The notes under the pieces: model-generated | The model's input: the letters and a program-made list of their open reading frames with translations, nothing else | The model's database searches: none | Told to the model about the DNA's origin: nothing | Shown: piece by piece, positions 38,808 through 47,706 of the stretch | Position numbering within the stretch: the first letter of the stretch is position 1 | How the letters are laid out: every line of letters starts with the position of its first letter | Translations under genes and position numbers: made by a program | DNA from: Minisyncoccota bacterium | GTDB taxonomy: Bacteria > Patescibacteriota > Minisyncoccia > Phycocordibacterales > Phycocordibacteraceae | Direction: 5' to 3' | NCBI GenBank assembly: GCA_022841985.1 | Contig: JALHQL010000005.1 | Location: 4,267-68,266, forward strand | DNA length: 64,000 nucleotides

Positions 38808-39726
38808 AAATATTATTGTAACCGGGGGTACTGGCTCCATTGGTTCTGAGATCGTGCGTCAACTACTCAAGACAGACGCTGCGAGAATACGTGTGTACAG
38901 TCGCGATGAGCACAAACAACACGAATTGCGTCAGGATCTAGAAGCAAATCCGCGCGTGGCATTTCTTCTAGGGGACATTCGCGACAAAGATCGTTTGGAC
39001 TTCGCTTTTCAAGGAATAGATATCTGTTTTCATGCTGCAGCGCTGAAGCATGTACCATTTTGTGAGTACAATCCGTTTGAGGCACTTAAGACGAATGCCA
39101 TTGGCACACAGAATGTAATAGATGTCGCAATTAAGAATAATCTCGAAAAGGTAATTGCTGTTTCAACGGATAAAGCAGTTAACCCGGAATCGGTTCTCGG
39201 AGCTTCTAAGCTCATGATGGAGCGTCTCGTCGCGGCGGCAAATCTCACAGTCGGACGCAACCCTACACGTTTTGCGTGCGTGCGATTTGGCAATGTCACT
39301 GGTTCACGCGGTTCGGTTACTCATTTGTGGCGCCGCCAGATAGACCAGGGCGGTCCAGTCACTGTCACGCACAAGAACGTTAAGCGTTTTTTTATGGAGA
39401 TACCGGAGGCAGTCAATCTTATTTTTGACGCCACCCGACTTATGCGCGGTGGAGAGATATTTGTGCTGAAAATGAAAAAGCGCCTTATGACTGACTTTGC
39501 TCGCGAACTTATTAAAAACTTCAGTGGAGGCAAAAGGATAAAAATGACTTTCATTGGGTTACGTCCTGGAGAAAAACTCGACGAAGAACTTTTTACTAAA
39601 GAAGAGCGTTCACATATGTTGGAGACCTCGGGGATGTACATCATCATACCGCAGCATCTCGTGCCTGATTACACCTATTTACCATCAAGTTATCCGGGTT
39701 CACACAAAGCAATCATTCGGAATTAG
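38779..39726 (+). CDS. UDP-N-acetylglucosamine 4,6-dehydratase, PseB/CapD-type
   Basis: NKNIIVTGGTGSIGSEIVRQLL...CFHAAALKHVPFCEYNPFEALKTNAIGTQNV closely matches the CapD/PseB/FlaA1 family. Confidence 0.75.
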   Translation: MHMTDQFKNKNIIVTGGTGSIGSEIVRQLLKTDAARIRVYSRDEHKQHELRQDLEANPRVAFLLGDIRDKDRLDFAFQGIDICFHAAALKHVPFCEYNPFEALKTNAIGTQNVIDVAIKNNLEKVIAVSTDKAVNPESVLGASKLMMERLVAAANLTVGRNPTRFACVRFGNVTGSRGSVTHLWRRQIDQGGPVTVTHKNVKRFFMEIPEAVNLIFDATRLMRGGEIFVLKMKKRLMTDFARELIKNFSGGKRIKMTFIGLRPGEKLDEELFTKEERSHMLETSGMYIIIPQHLVPDYTYLPSSYPGSHKAIIRN

Positions 39727-39768
39727 TCACGTTCTGAATCTCAGAGCGATCACGCATCTCATACTCCA

Positions 39769-40821
39769 ATGAAAAAAAGCATAATAAAAGTAGATGGACG
39801 GGGAATTGGCTCGGGGCAGCCAGTTTTTATCATTGCTGAAATCGGAGTCAATCATGATGGTTCAATTGCGAAGGCAAAGAAGCTTATCGATATGGCGGTC
39901 GCTGCCGGGGCGGATGCGGTTAAATTTCAAATGTGTAATCCCGACGAAATGATAACCAAAAAGGCACCAAAAGCGGAGTATCAGAAGCGCAATAGGGCAA
40001 CAGAATCGCAGTACGACATGCTTAAGAGGTATTACTTCGGTGTGCGCGAGCACCGTACTCTCATGGACTATGCCAAGAAGAAAAGAATTATTTTTTTCTC
40101 AACACCTTTTTCTCTTAAAGACGCTCATGAGCTCGTGAAGCTCCATATGCCAATGCTCAAGGTCGGTTCTTCTGACGCGAATAATCATCCCCAGTTGCGT
40201 GTTCTGGCGAGTGCTCGCGTTCCTATCATACTTTCAACGGGTATGTGCACGCTTGCCGAAGTTCAGGAGTCAATTTCGGTATTACGTAAGGCAGGAGCGA
40301 GAGACATTGTCGTGCTTCACTGCACGACCGCGTATCCGACTGCTGATAAAGATGTGAATCTTAAAGCGATGGTGACGATACAAAATGTCTTTCATACCCC
40401 AGTCGGTTATTCCGATCACACTCCCGGGACGGATGTCGCAATCGCAGCCGTGGCGCTGGGTGCGTGTGTCATTGAGAAACACCTCACTCTCAATAAAAAA
40501 GCTCCAGGCCCAGATCATTTCGCATCTCTCGAGCCAAAAGAACTAGGTGCGCTTGTGCAGAGCATACGTCGCACAGAGCGAATTCTCGGTATGGGTAATA
40601 AGGGTCCATCGGCTGGCGAGAAAATAATCGCGAGAGTAGCGCGCAAAAGTATCGTTGCAGCTCATAACATTGAAAAGGGAAAGAAGATAGATATGGCCGA
40701 CATAGCGTTCAAACGTCCTGGCACAGGGTTGCCGCCAGTCTTTGCCGATAAGTTGGTAGGGAAGAGTGCGAAACGTTCTTTTGAGAAAGATCAGGAATTT
40801 AAACGATCCGATCTCATATGA
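39769..40821 (+). CDS. neuB: nonulosonic acid synthase (NeuB/LegI/PseI family)
   Basis: IIAEIGVNHDGSIAKAKKLIDMAVAAGADAVKFQ is the canonical NeuB N-terminus. The C-terminal SAF-domain segment is IAFKRPGTG. Confidence 0.85.
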   Translation: MKKSIIKVDGRGIGSGQPVFIIAEIGVNHDGSIAKAKKLIDMAVAAGADAVKFQMCNPDEMITKKAPKAEYQKRNRATESQYDMLKRYYFGVREHRTLMDYAKKKRIIFFSTPFSLKDAHELVKLHMPMLKVGSSDANNHPQLRVLASARVPIILSTGMCTLAEVQESISVLRKAGARDIVVLHCTTAYPTADKDVNLKAMVTIQNVFHTPVGYSDHTPGTDVAIAAVALGACVIEKHLTLNKKAPGPDHFASLEPKELGALVQSIRRTERILGMGNKGPSAGEKIIARVARKSIVAAHNIEKGKKIDMADIAFKRPGTGLPPVFADKLVGKSAKRSFEKDQEFKRSDLI

Positions 40822-41966
40822 AATTAAAAAAGAAGTTAGTGTTAGTAGTGACAGGTGGCCGCGCTGATTATGGGCTTTTGCGTCCGGTCATGCGTGAAAT
40901 CATGAAGAGCAAAAAGCTCACACTCAGTGTACTTGTGACCGGTATGCACACTCTGTATAGCTATGGTCGCTCTCTCGATTTTATTAAGGCAGACAGAATA
41001 CCGGTTGCTGCGGTCGTGCCGATAGGCGAAGAGGATACGATGCTTGAGTCACTCTCCAAAGAGATAAAAGGTATAGAGGAGTATTGCGATAAGCATCGAC
41101 CCGATCTCATTCTAGTTTTGGGCGACCGTGATGAACCATTCGCAGCCGCGATAGTCGGTGGACATCTCGGTATTCCAGTGGCACATCTTCATGGAGGTGA
41201 TAAGACTGGTCTTGTCGTCGATGAATATATTCGTCATGCCATCACAAAATTCTCGCATCTTCATTTCCCAGCAACTAAGTTGAGTGCGCAGAGAATAAAG
41301 CTTCTTGGTGAGGATCCATGGCGCATCGTGATGGCAGGCGCCACGGGTCTCGATGAGATGCGCGAATTCCATTTTGAATCGAAGAAATCTATTGCCAAGA
41401 AATACGGGTTAGATCCGATACAGCCCTGGTATCTGATTCTCCATCATCCAACGCCTCTTGATAGGGTATCGCCTAAAATTCAAGCTCAAGGGGTCCTTCG
41501 TTCCGTAGTAACTCTTCCGGGAGAGAAGATCGTCAGTCTTCCTAACTCTGACACCGGGAGCGCTACTTTTCTGAAGGAACTAGAGAAGTATCGCGGTAAG
41601 GCGAGTATGCACGTGTTCGGTACCATGCCGCGTAAAGACTTCCTAAATTTGTTTAAATACGTAACGGTACTCATTGGTAATTCAAGTATGGGTATTATCG
41701 ATAGTTCGTTTTTCAAGATCCCCACAGTGAATGTCGGGAATCGCCAACTCGGTCGTGAACATGGCGTCAATGTTGTCCATGCTGGTTACGACGAAGCGAG
41801 CATTCGTCTGGCAATCAAAAAAGCGACAAGTCCATTTTTTTTACGCCGCGTTAATAAAATGCGAAGTCTGTATGGGGATGGTCGAGCTTCAGCACGTATT
41901 GTGCGACATATTGAACGCCTCATCAATCATGAAGACCTCTTCTATAAAAAGCTCACCTATGTATAA
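40818..41966 (+). CDS. neuC: UDP-N-acetylglucosamine 2-epimerase (hydrolysing), NeuC/LegG-type
   Basis: LVLVVTGGRADYGLLRPVMREI...HLHGGD matches NeuC-family signatures. ATGA overlap with neuB. Confidence 0.8.
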   Translation: MKLKKKLVLVVTGGRADYGLLRPVMREIMKSKKLTLSVLVTGMHTLYSYGRSLDFIKADRIPVAAVVPIGEEDTMLESLSKEIKGIEEYCDKHRPDLILVLGDRDEPFAAAIVGGHLGIPVAHLHGGDKTGLVVDEYIRHAITKFSHLHFPATKLSAQRIKLLGEDPWRIVMAGATGLDEMREFHFESKKSIAKKYGLDPIQPWYLILHHPTPLDRVSPKIQAQGVLRSVVTLPGEKIVSLPNSDTGSATFLKELEKYRGKASMHVFGTMPRKDFLNLFKYVTVLIGNSSMGIIDSSFFKIPTVNVGNRQLGREHGVNVVHAGYDEASIRLAIKKATSPFFLRRVNKMRSLYGDGRASARIVRHIERLINHEDLFYKKLTYV

Positions 41967-41975
41967 TCAAATCCT

Positions 41976-43685
41976 ATGCGCATTCTAGGCTTACTATCGC
42001 AATTCTGGATTTCTTCAGCGGTGCTTCTTGCAGATGGCAAGATTGTTGCTGGTGTTGCGGAAGAACGTTTCAATCGCGAAAAAATGTCGCGCAAATTTCC
42101 CCACAAAGCTATCGATTATTGCCTAAAGGAGGGTGGTATCAACATAGATGATGTCGATTACATCGCAGTCGGGTGGAATCCCGGTGTGCATATACAAAGC
42201 TATAATCGCCGTTTTTCCGAAACCTTTCGTTGGCACGCGGAATTTCTCTACAATATTCCTAATAGCATTCTGCGTCATCGCGAAGATAAACGAGTTCCGT
42301 ACGTAGAGCAGATTTTCAAACACGCTAAGGGTGAGACCAAGATTATCTACGTAACACATCATCTTGCACATGCCTCTAATGGTTTCTATCTTTCACCGTA
42401 CAAAGAGTCCGCAATATTAACCGCAGATGGGCGCGGTGAGGATGAAACGGCTTTCTTCGGTATCGGTAAAAATAATAAGATTACAGCAATAAAAACCGTC
42501 ACTCATCCGCAGTCGCTTGGCAACTTCTATTCTTCCGTGACACAATTTCTCGGTTTTGATCCGCATTCCGATGAATGGAAAGTCATGGCGCTTGCATCTT
42601 ATGGTAGTCGCGACAATGAGTATTACAAAAAATTCAAACAGATATTGAAACTCCTTCCTGACGGCATGTTTGAGCTCGATCTTACTTATTTTGACTATTA
42701 TCTTCACGACAAGCAGCACTATTACTCGCCGAAATTTCTTGAGCTTTTTGGGCAAGCGCGAGAGAAGGATACTCCGACGCTCCAGCAACATAAAGAGATA
42801 GCTGCCGCACTTCAGCAAATAACTGAGGAAACACTCTCTCATATGTTGCATTGGCTTTATAAAAAAACAAAACAAAAAAATCTAGTGGTTAGTGGCGGTC
42901 TGTTCATGAACTCAGTTTTCAATGGAAAAATCACGACACTTTCTCCATTTAAGAATGTGTTTATCTCGTCATGTCCCGACGATAGTGGCATTGCGACTGG
43001 TGCAGCTGCATATGTGTATCACGACATTTTGGGACTGCCACGCATGGAGCCACAGGAGCATAATTACTGGGGTCCAGAGTATAATGACAAAGAGATTAAG
43101 GAGATAGTTGAGAAATATAAATTAAAAGCGACACATGTCCCACATATTGAAAAACATGTGGCTTCACTTATAAACGACGGGAAAATTGTCGGATGGTTCC
43201 AAGGTAAGATGGAGTTCGGTCAGCGCGCGCTTGGGAATCGTTCTATTCTTGCTGATCCTCGTCGTAGTGAAATGAAGGATCTTGTTAATCGCTGTGTCAA
43301 ATATCGCGAAGGATTTCGTCCATTCGCGCCCTCGATATTAGAAGAGAGTGTGGAGAAATATTTCGAGTGCAAGAAAGGTTCAAAAGTTCCCTTTATGGAA
43401 CGAGTGTTTCAGATCCGTAAGGAGAGGCGCGCATTGATTCCCGCGGTTACTCATATTGATGGTAGTGGTCGGTTACAAACCGTAAGTCGCGCAACCAATC
43501 CGCGCTACTATGCACTCATCAAAGAATTCGAAAGATTGTCGGGAATCCCGATTGTTCTCAACACCTCGTTTAACCTTAAGGGAGAGCCAGTCGTGATGAC
43601 GCCGACCGACGCGATCCGTACATTCATGTCTAGTGGTCTTGATGTGCTTGTTCTTGGGTCGTACGTGCTCTCGAAGGATTCCTAG
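41976..43685 (+). CDS. carbamoyltransferase (NodU/CmcH family)
   Basis: ILGLLSQFWISSAVLLADGKIVAGVAEERFNREKMSRKFP is the carbamoyltransferase N-terminal ASKHA/Kae1-like domain. The C-terminal HypF/YrdC-like carbamoyltransferase domain is also present. Confidence 0.85.
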   Translation: MRILGLLSQFWISSAVLLADGKIVAGVAEERFNREKMSRKFPHKAIDYCLKEGGINIDDVDYIAVGWNPGVHIQSYNRRFSETFRWHAEFLYNIPNSILRHREDKRVPYVEQIFKHAKGETKIIYVTHHLAHASNGFYLSPYKESAILTADGRGEDETAFFGIGKNNKITAIKTVTHPQSLGNFYSSVTQFLGFDPHSDEWKVMALASYGSRDNEYYKKFKQILKLLPDGMFELDLTYFDYYLHDKQHYYSPKFLELFGQAREKDTPTLQQHKEIAAALQQITEETLSHMLHWLYKKTKQKNLVVSGGLFMNSVFNGKITTLSPFKNVFISSCPDDSGIATGAAAYVYHDILGLPRMEPQEHNYWGPEYNDKEIKEIVEKYKLKATHVPHIEKHVASLINDGKIVGWFQGKMEFGQRALGNRSILADPRRSEMKDLVNRCVKYREGFRPFAPSILEESVEKYFECKKGSKVPFMERVFQIRKERRALIPAVTHIDGSGRLQTVSRATNPRYYALIKEFERLSGIPIVLNTSFNLKGEPVVMTPTDAIRTFMSSGLDVLVLGSYVLSKDS

Positions 43686-43713
43686 GGGTTTTGAGATATA
43701 CTGACATAAAAGA

Positions 43714-45483
43714 ATGACATCTTTTTCAAATTTTCGTGTCCTCTTTCGTACTTTCAAGAAGTACAAATGGCATATCATAGCTCTCGTTGTGTTCGGTATC
43801 TTGAGCGCATTGCTTGAGGGTATCGGTATCAACGCTGTTATTCCACTCGTATCATTTTTTACGGGTGGGAATAGCGGTCCGACGGACTTTATCACTCATG
43901 CGATCCAGACGCTTTTTGCCTTTTTCCATATACCCTTTAGTTTCCGGTACCTACTTGGTTTTATTCTAGGGCTTTTCATATTGCGCGCTGTCTCGATGGT
44001 AATATTCGGCTATATACGCGGATGGATAGGAGCTGATTTCCTTGGGAGAGAAAGCGAGGATGTGTTACGAAGAACGCTCGCAGCTGCATGGCCGTTTCTC
44101 TTAAAGCAAAAAATAGGTACGGTACACAATACGTTGGTGCGAGACATTCAAAATACAGGAACGCTCTTAGGCACCATCGCACAGATTGTGCAGTCTTTCA
44201 GTGGTTTTTTGATGTATCTTCTTGTGGCTCTCAATATTTCTTCGACTATAACGCTCTATACTCTCGCTGGCGGGGCAGTGATTCTTTTTGCGGCCCGGCC
44301 GCTCCTTCGTCGTGCGCGAAACATCGGAGAACAAGTCGCGGGGGTGGAAAAAAAGTTTGCTCAATTCCTTAGTGAACACATCATAGGGATGAAATCTATT
44401 AAGGCGGCTGGCGTAGAGCGTGCTGCCCTTGTAGATGGGGTTACACACATACATTTGTTACGCTCGCTTTCGATACGGCAAGCACTGGTGCGTTCTTTCA
44501 GCGCGAGCCTCTTCCAGCCGTTCAGCATTGTGCTTGTTGTAGTGCTTTTCCTGCTGACGTATCACACTCCAAGTTTTAATATTGTTTCCTTTGCGACGAC
44601 ACTGTATCTCATTCAAAAAATATTTACGTATCTTGAGTCTGGTCAGAATGCGCTTCTTAGTATGAGTGAGTTATTGCCCTATGCAGAAAATATCGATACT
44701 TTTAAAAAAAGGCTCTCTGAACATCGTGAGCAAACTACACAGAATGGCAAGTCATTCGTGTTCAATAGATCGCTTACATTCGATCGCGTCGCGTTTGCTT
44801 ATTCCGAGTCGCAGTCAGTATTAGAAGATGTTTCATTTTCGGTTGCCCAGGGGGAAACGGTAGGACTCATTGGTCCGTCAGGGGCAGGCAAGACTTCAAT
44901 TGCTGATATTGTTTTGCGCTTGTTCCGCCCGACGAAAGGCTCTCTGCGTCTAGATGGAATACCATCCGATGAAATTGACATAGAGGGATGGAGGAATCAT
45001 ATAGGCTATGTTGCGCAAGATGTTTTCATATTCAATGACTCTCTAAAAGAGAATATTCGACTGTACCGTGCTGATCTTTCGGAAGAAGATATTGTCGAAG
45101 CCGCAAAGCGGGCAAATATTTATGACTTTATAATGGAATTGCCCGAAGGATTCGAAACAAAAACTGGAGATAGAGGAGTGATGCTCTCGGGTGGTCAGCG
45201 TCAGCGAATTTCACTTGCTCGCGCGCTTGCTGGGAAACCATCTCTTCTTATACTCGATGAGGCAACAAGTGCGCTTGATCACGAGTCAGAAAAACTCATA
45301 CATGAGTCCATACGGGCGCTTCATGGAAAGGTTACCGTGCTTATTATTGCGCACCGTCCATCAACGGTTGCTGAGGCTGATGCTATCTTTGTCTTGAATC
45401 AAGGTCGTATTGTAGAACAGGGAACTCCGCATGAACTGCTTCAAAACCACAACTCCTATTTCTACAGGATGCAGAAACGATAA
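43714..45483 (+). CDS. ABC exporter, fused permease/ATPase (MsbA-like)
   Basis: Six N-terminal TM helices. Walker A GPSGAGKTS, ABC signature LSGGQRQRISLARAL and Walker B ILDEATSALD. Confidence 0.85.
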   Translation: MTSFSNFRVLFRTFKKYKWHIIALVVFGILSALLEGIGINAVIPLVSFFTGGNSGPTDFITHAIQTLFAFFHIPFSFRYLLGFILGLFILRAVSMVIFGYIRGWIGADFLGRESEDVLRRTLAAAWPFLLKQKIGTVHNTLVRDIQNTGTLLGTIAQIVQSFSGFLMYLLVALNISSTITLYTLAGGAVILFAARPLLRRARNIGEQVAGVEKKFAQFLSEHIIGMKSIKAAGVERAALVDGVTHIHLLRSLSIRQALVRSFSASLFQPFSIVLVVVLFLLTYHTPSFNIVSFATTLYLIQKIFTYLESGQNALLSMSELLPYAENIDTFKKRLSEHREQTTQNGKSFVFNRSLTFDRVAFAYSESQSVLEDVSFSVAQGETVGLIGPSGAGKTSIADIVLRLFRPTKGSLRLDGIPSDEIDIEGWRNHIGYVAQDVFIFNDSLKENIRLYRADLSEEDIVEAAKRANIYDFIMELPEGFETKTGDRGVMLSGGQRQRISLARALAGKPSLLILDEATSALDHESEKLIHESIRALHGKVTVLIIAHRPSTVAEADAIFVLNQGRIVEQGTPHELLQNHNSYFYRMQKR

Positions 45484-45519
45484 ATAGTAGAAAGAGCATT
45501 ATGTTATAATTGTTTTATT

Positions 45520-47706
45520 ATGGAGAATAACGGTCTTGCGAAACAGGCTGCAAAATGGGTAGCTCTTGGTGCTCTTTTCCTCATTCCGCTTGCGCCGCTG
45601 GTGGTTGCCAATACATTTTTCTTCCCCTTCATCACTGGCAAGGCATTTTACCTACGCATTCTGATAGAAATAGCGGTTGTCGCATGGATGGTGCTCGCGT
45701 TTCTCGATAAAGAATACCGTCCGCGGTTTTCTTGGATTGGCGTAGCGGTCGTCGGATTTGTCGGATGGATGCTCATCGCTGATGCGTTCGCTCCGAATGC
45801 GGCAAAGGCCTTCTGGAGCAACTTCGAGCGTATGGAGGGTTGGATGCTTCTCATTCACCTGTTCGGATTCTTCTTTGCTGCAAGTGCAGTGCTGCGAGTA
45901 GAGAAGAGATGGCGCACATGGTTCCTGGCGTCGCTCGGTGTTTCTGTCGTCATCGTCGGCTATGCTCTTCTGCAGCTTGCGGGTGTATACGCTATTCATC
46001 AGGGCTCCACTCGTATTGATGCTTCGATGGGCAATTCTGCGTATTTGGCAGTTTATTTTCTCTTCAGTGTTTTTATCGCGATCTGGCTGGCGCTCACCGA
46101 GAAGCGTCAATGGCTGAAATGGTCGCTTATCGCGCTTGCGGTACTCGAAGGTACACTCATATTTTTCACGGAGACACGAGGTACCATTATTGGACTGGTA
46201 CTTGCTCTTGCGCTCGCCGCGCTTCTGACTGTTTTTACCGCGAGCAAGAACGCCCGCCGCGTAGCGGCGGGCGTTCTTGCTCTTATTATCATTCTTGCCG
46301 GTATCTTTTATACTGCTCGCAATTCTGATTTCGTTCAAAACAATCACATACTGCAGCGAGTTGCTTCCATTTCGCTCAAGGATGGTGAGACACGTTTCAC
46401 TATTTGGAATATGGCGCTCAAAGGAGTTCTGGAGCGTCCTATCCTCGGTTGGGGGCAGGAGGGTTTCAACTATGTTTTCAATACACACTACAATCCATCG
46501 CTCTATCGGCAGGAGCAATGGTTTGATCGAGCACACAATGCGTTTATTGACTGGCTTACCGCAGGCGGTGTACCGGCATTTCTGCTTTATCTTTCGCTCT
46601 TCTGCTCTGCTCTGATACTGCTCTGGCGGAGTTCAGAGCTCTCTCGTCCGGAACGTATTGCTCTCACTGCAGCACTGGTTGGGTATGCAGTTCACAATCT
46701 TTTTGTCTTCGACAATCTCTATTCCTACATATATTTCTTTGCGCTTCTTGCACTCATCGATTCACAGGTTGCGCGGCCTATCGAACAGTTTGAGCGCATG
46801 CCCGAACTTGAGGCTACAGATGGCGTGACCTACGCACTTCCGATTGCAAGCATTACTCTCATCATGCTCATCTGGTCCATAAACATTACCGGCATACAGG
46901 TAGCATCTAAGCTTATTATCGCCTTATCGCCTTCTCCCGCCGGTCCTTCCGGTAATCTCGCTGCTTTTGAAGATCTTGCTGAGCATCCTGGCTTTGCCGC
47001 ACAAGAAATACGTGAGCAACTCATCACTTTCTCCGGTGCGTTCGTACAGAATGCGCAAGCAACTGATGCCGAGAAGCGGCAGGTGGTTGCGCTTGCCATC
47101 AGCGAAATGCAAAAACAAGTTGCCTCCTATCCGCTTGATGCGCGCAGTCGTCTTCAGCTCGCTTATGCGTTTCGCATAGCCGGGGACAATGCCGCCGCAC
47201 TCAAGGAAATTCAGGAGGCTGCTCGGCTTTCTCCCGGAAAACAATCGATATGGATTGAGTTAGGCGCAACTGCGTGGGATATAGGAGATGTGAAGTTGAC
47301 GCAACGGGCTTTTCATACTGCGTACGCGCTTGGCCCTCAATTTACAGAGCTTGCCGAGTATGCCGCCGCCGGTGATATTGCTGCTGGCGACAATAAAGCA
47401 GCCGATAAAATCCTGTTGGACGTTTACGGTTCTTTGCTCATCGATAGTAATATTCTTGCGGTCGCGTACTACCGTACTAAAGATTGGCCTCGTCTCATTG
47501 CTCTATGGAAACATCGTGCAGAAAAACCCGGCGCGAGTATTGAGACGTGGTTTTCTCTTGCGGCTGCCTACTACACTGCGGGCGAAAAGACGAATGCAAT
47601 TGCGACGATCAAGAAAGCAATTGCACTTCATCCGAATGACTCGAATGCGGCTTCCATTGGTGCTGCAGCCATCGCGGAAATACAAGGGAAGGAGACTGGG
47701 CAATGA
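45520..47706 (+). CDS. O-antigen ligase (Wzy_C)-like polytopic membrane protein fused to a C-terminal TPR region
   Basis: About 12 TM segments including the Wzy_C-like loop (ETRGTIIGLV). The C-terminal about 270 aa are Ala-rich TPR-like repeats. Confidence 0.6.
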   Translation: MENNGLAKQAAKWVALGALFLIPLAPLVVANTFFFPFITGKAFYLRILIEIAVVAWMVLAFLDKEYRPRFSWIGVAVVGFVGWMLIADAFAPNAAKAFWSNFERMEGWMLLIHLFGFFFAASAVLRVEKRWRTWFLASLGVSVVIVGYALLQLAGVYAIHQGSTRIDASMGNSAYLAVYFLFSVFIAIWLALTEKRQWLKWSLIALAVLEGTLIFFTETRGTIIGLVLALALAALLTVFTASKNARRVAAGVLALIIILAGIFYTARNSDFVQNNHILQRVASISLKDGETRFTIWNMALKGVLERPILGWGQEGFNYVFNTHYNPSLYRQEQWFDRAHNAFIDWLTAGGVPAFLLYLSLFCSALILLWRSSELSRPERIALTAALVGYAVHNLFVFDNLYSYIYFFALLALIDSQVARPIEQFERMPELEATDGVTYALPIASITLIMLIWSINITGIQVASKLIIALSPSPAGPSGNLAAFEDLAEHPGFAAQEIREQLITFSGAFVQNAQATDAEKRQVVALAISEMQKQVASYPLDARSRLQLAYAFRIAGDNAAALKEIQEAARLSPGKQSIWIELGATAWDIGDVKLTQRAFHTAYALGPQFTELAEYAAAGDIAAGDNKAADKILLDVYGSLLIDSNILAVAYYRTKDWPRLIALWKHRAEKPGASIETWFSLAAAYYTAGEKTNAIATIKKAIALHPNDSNAASIGAAAIAEIQGKETGQ

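Noticed and set aside
45652-46536. 294-aa minus-strand ORF
   Set aside because: It lies entirely within the plus-strand Wzy_C/TPR membrane-protein gene. Its translation has no recognisable features and is Arg/Cys-rich junk. The plus-strand protein has coherent TM topology.
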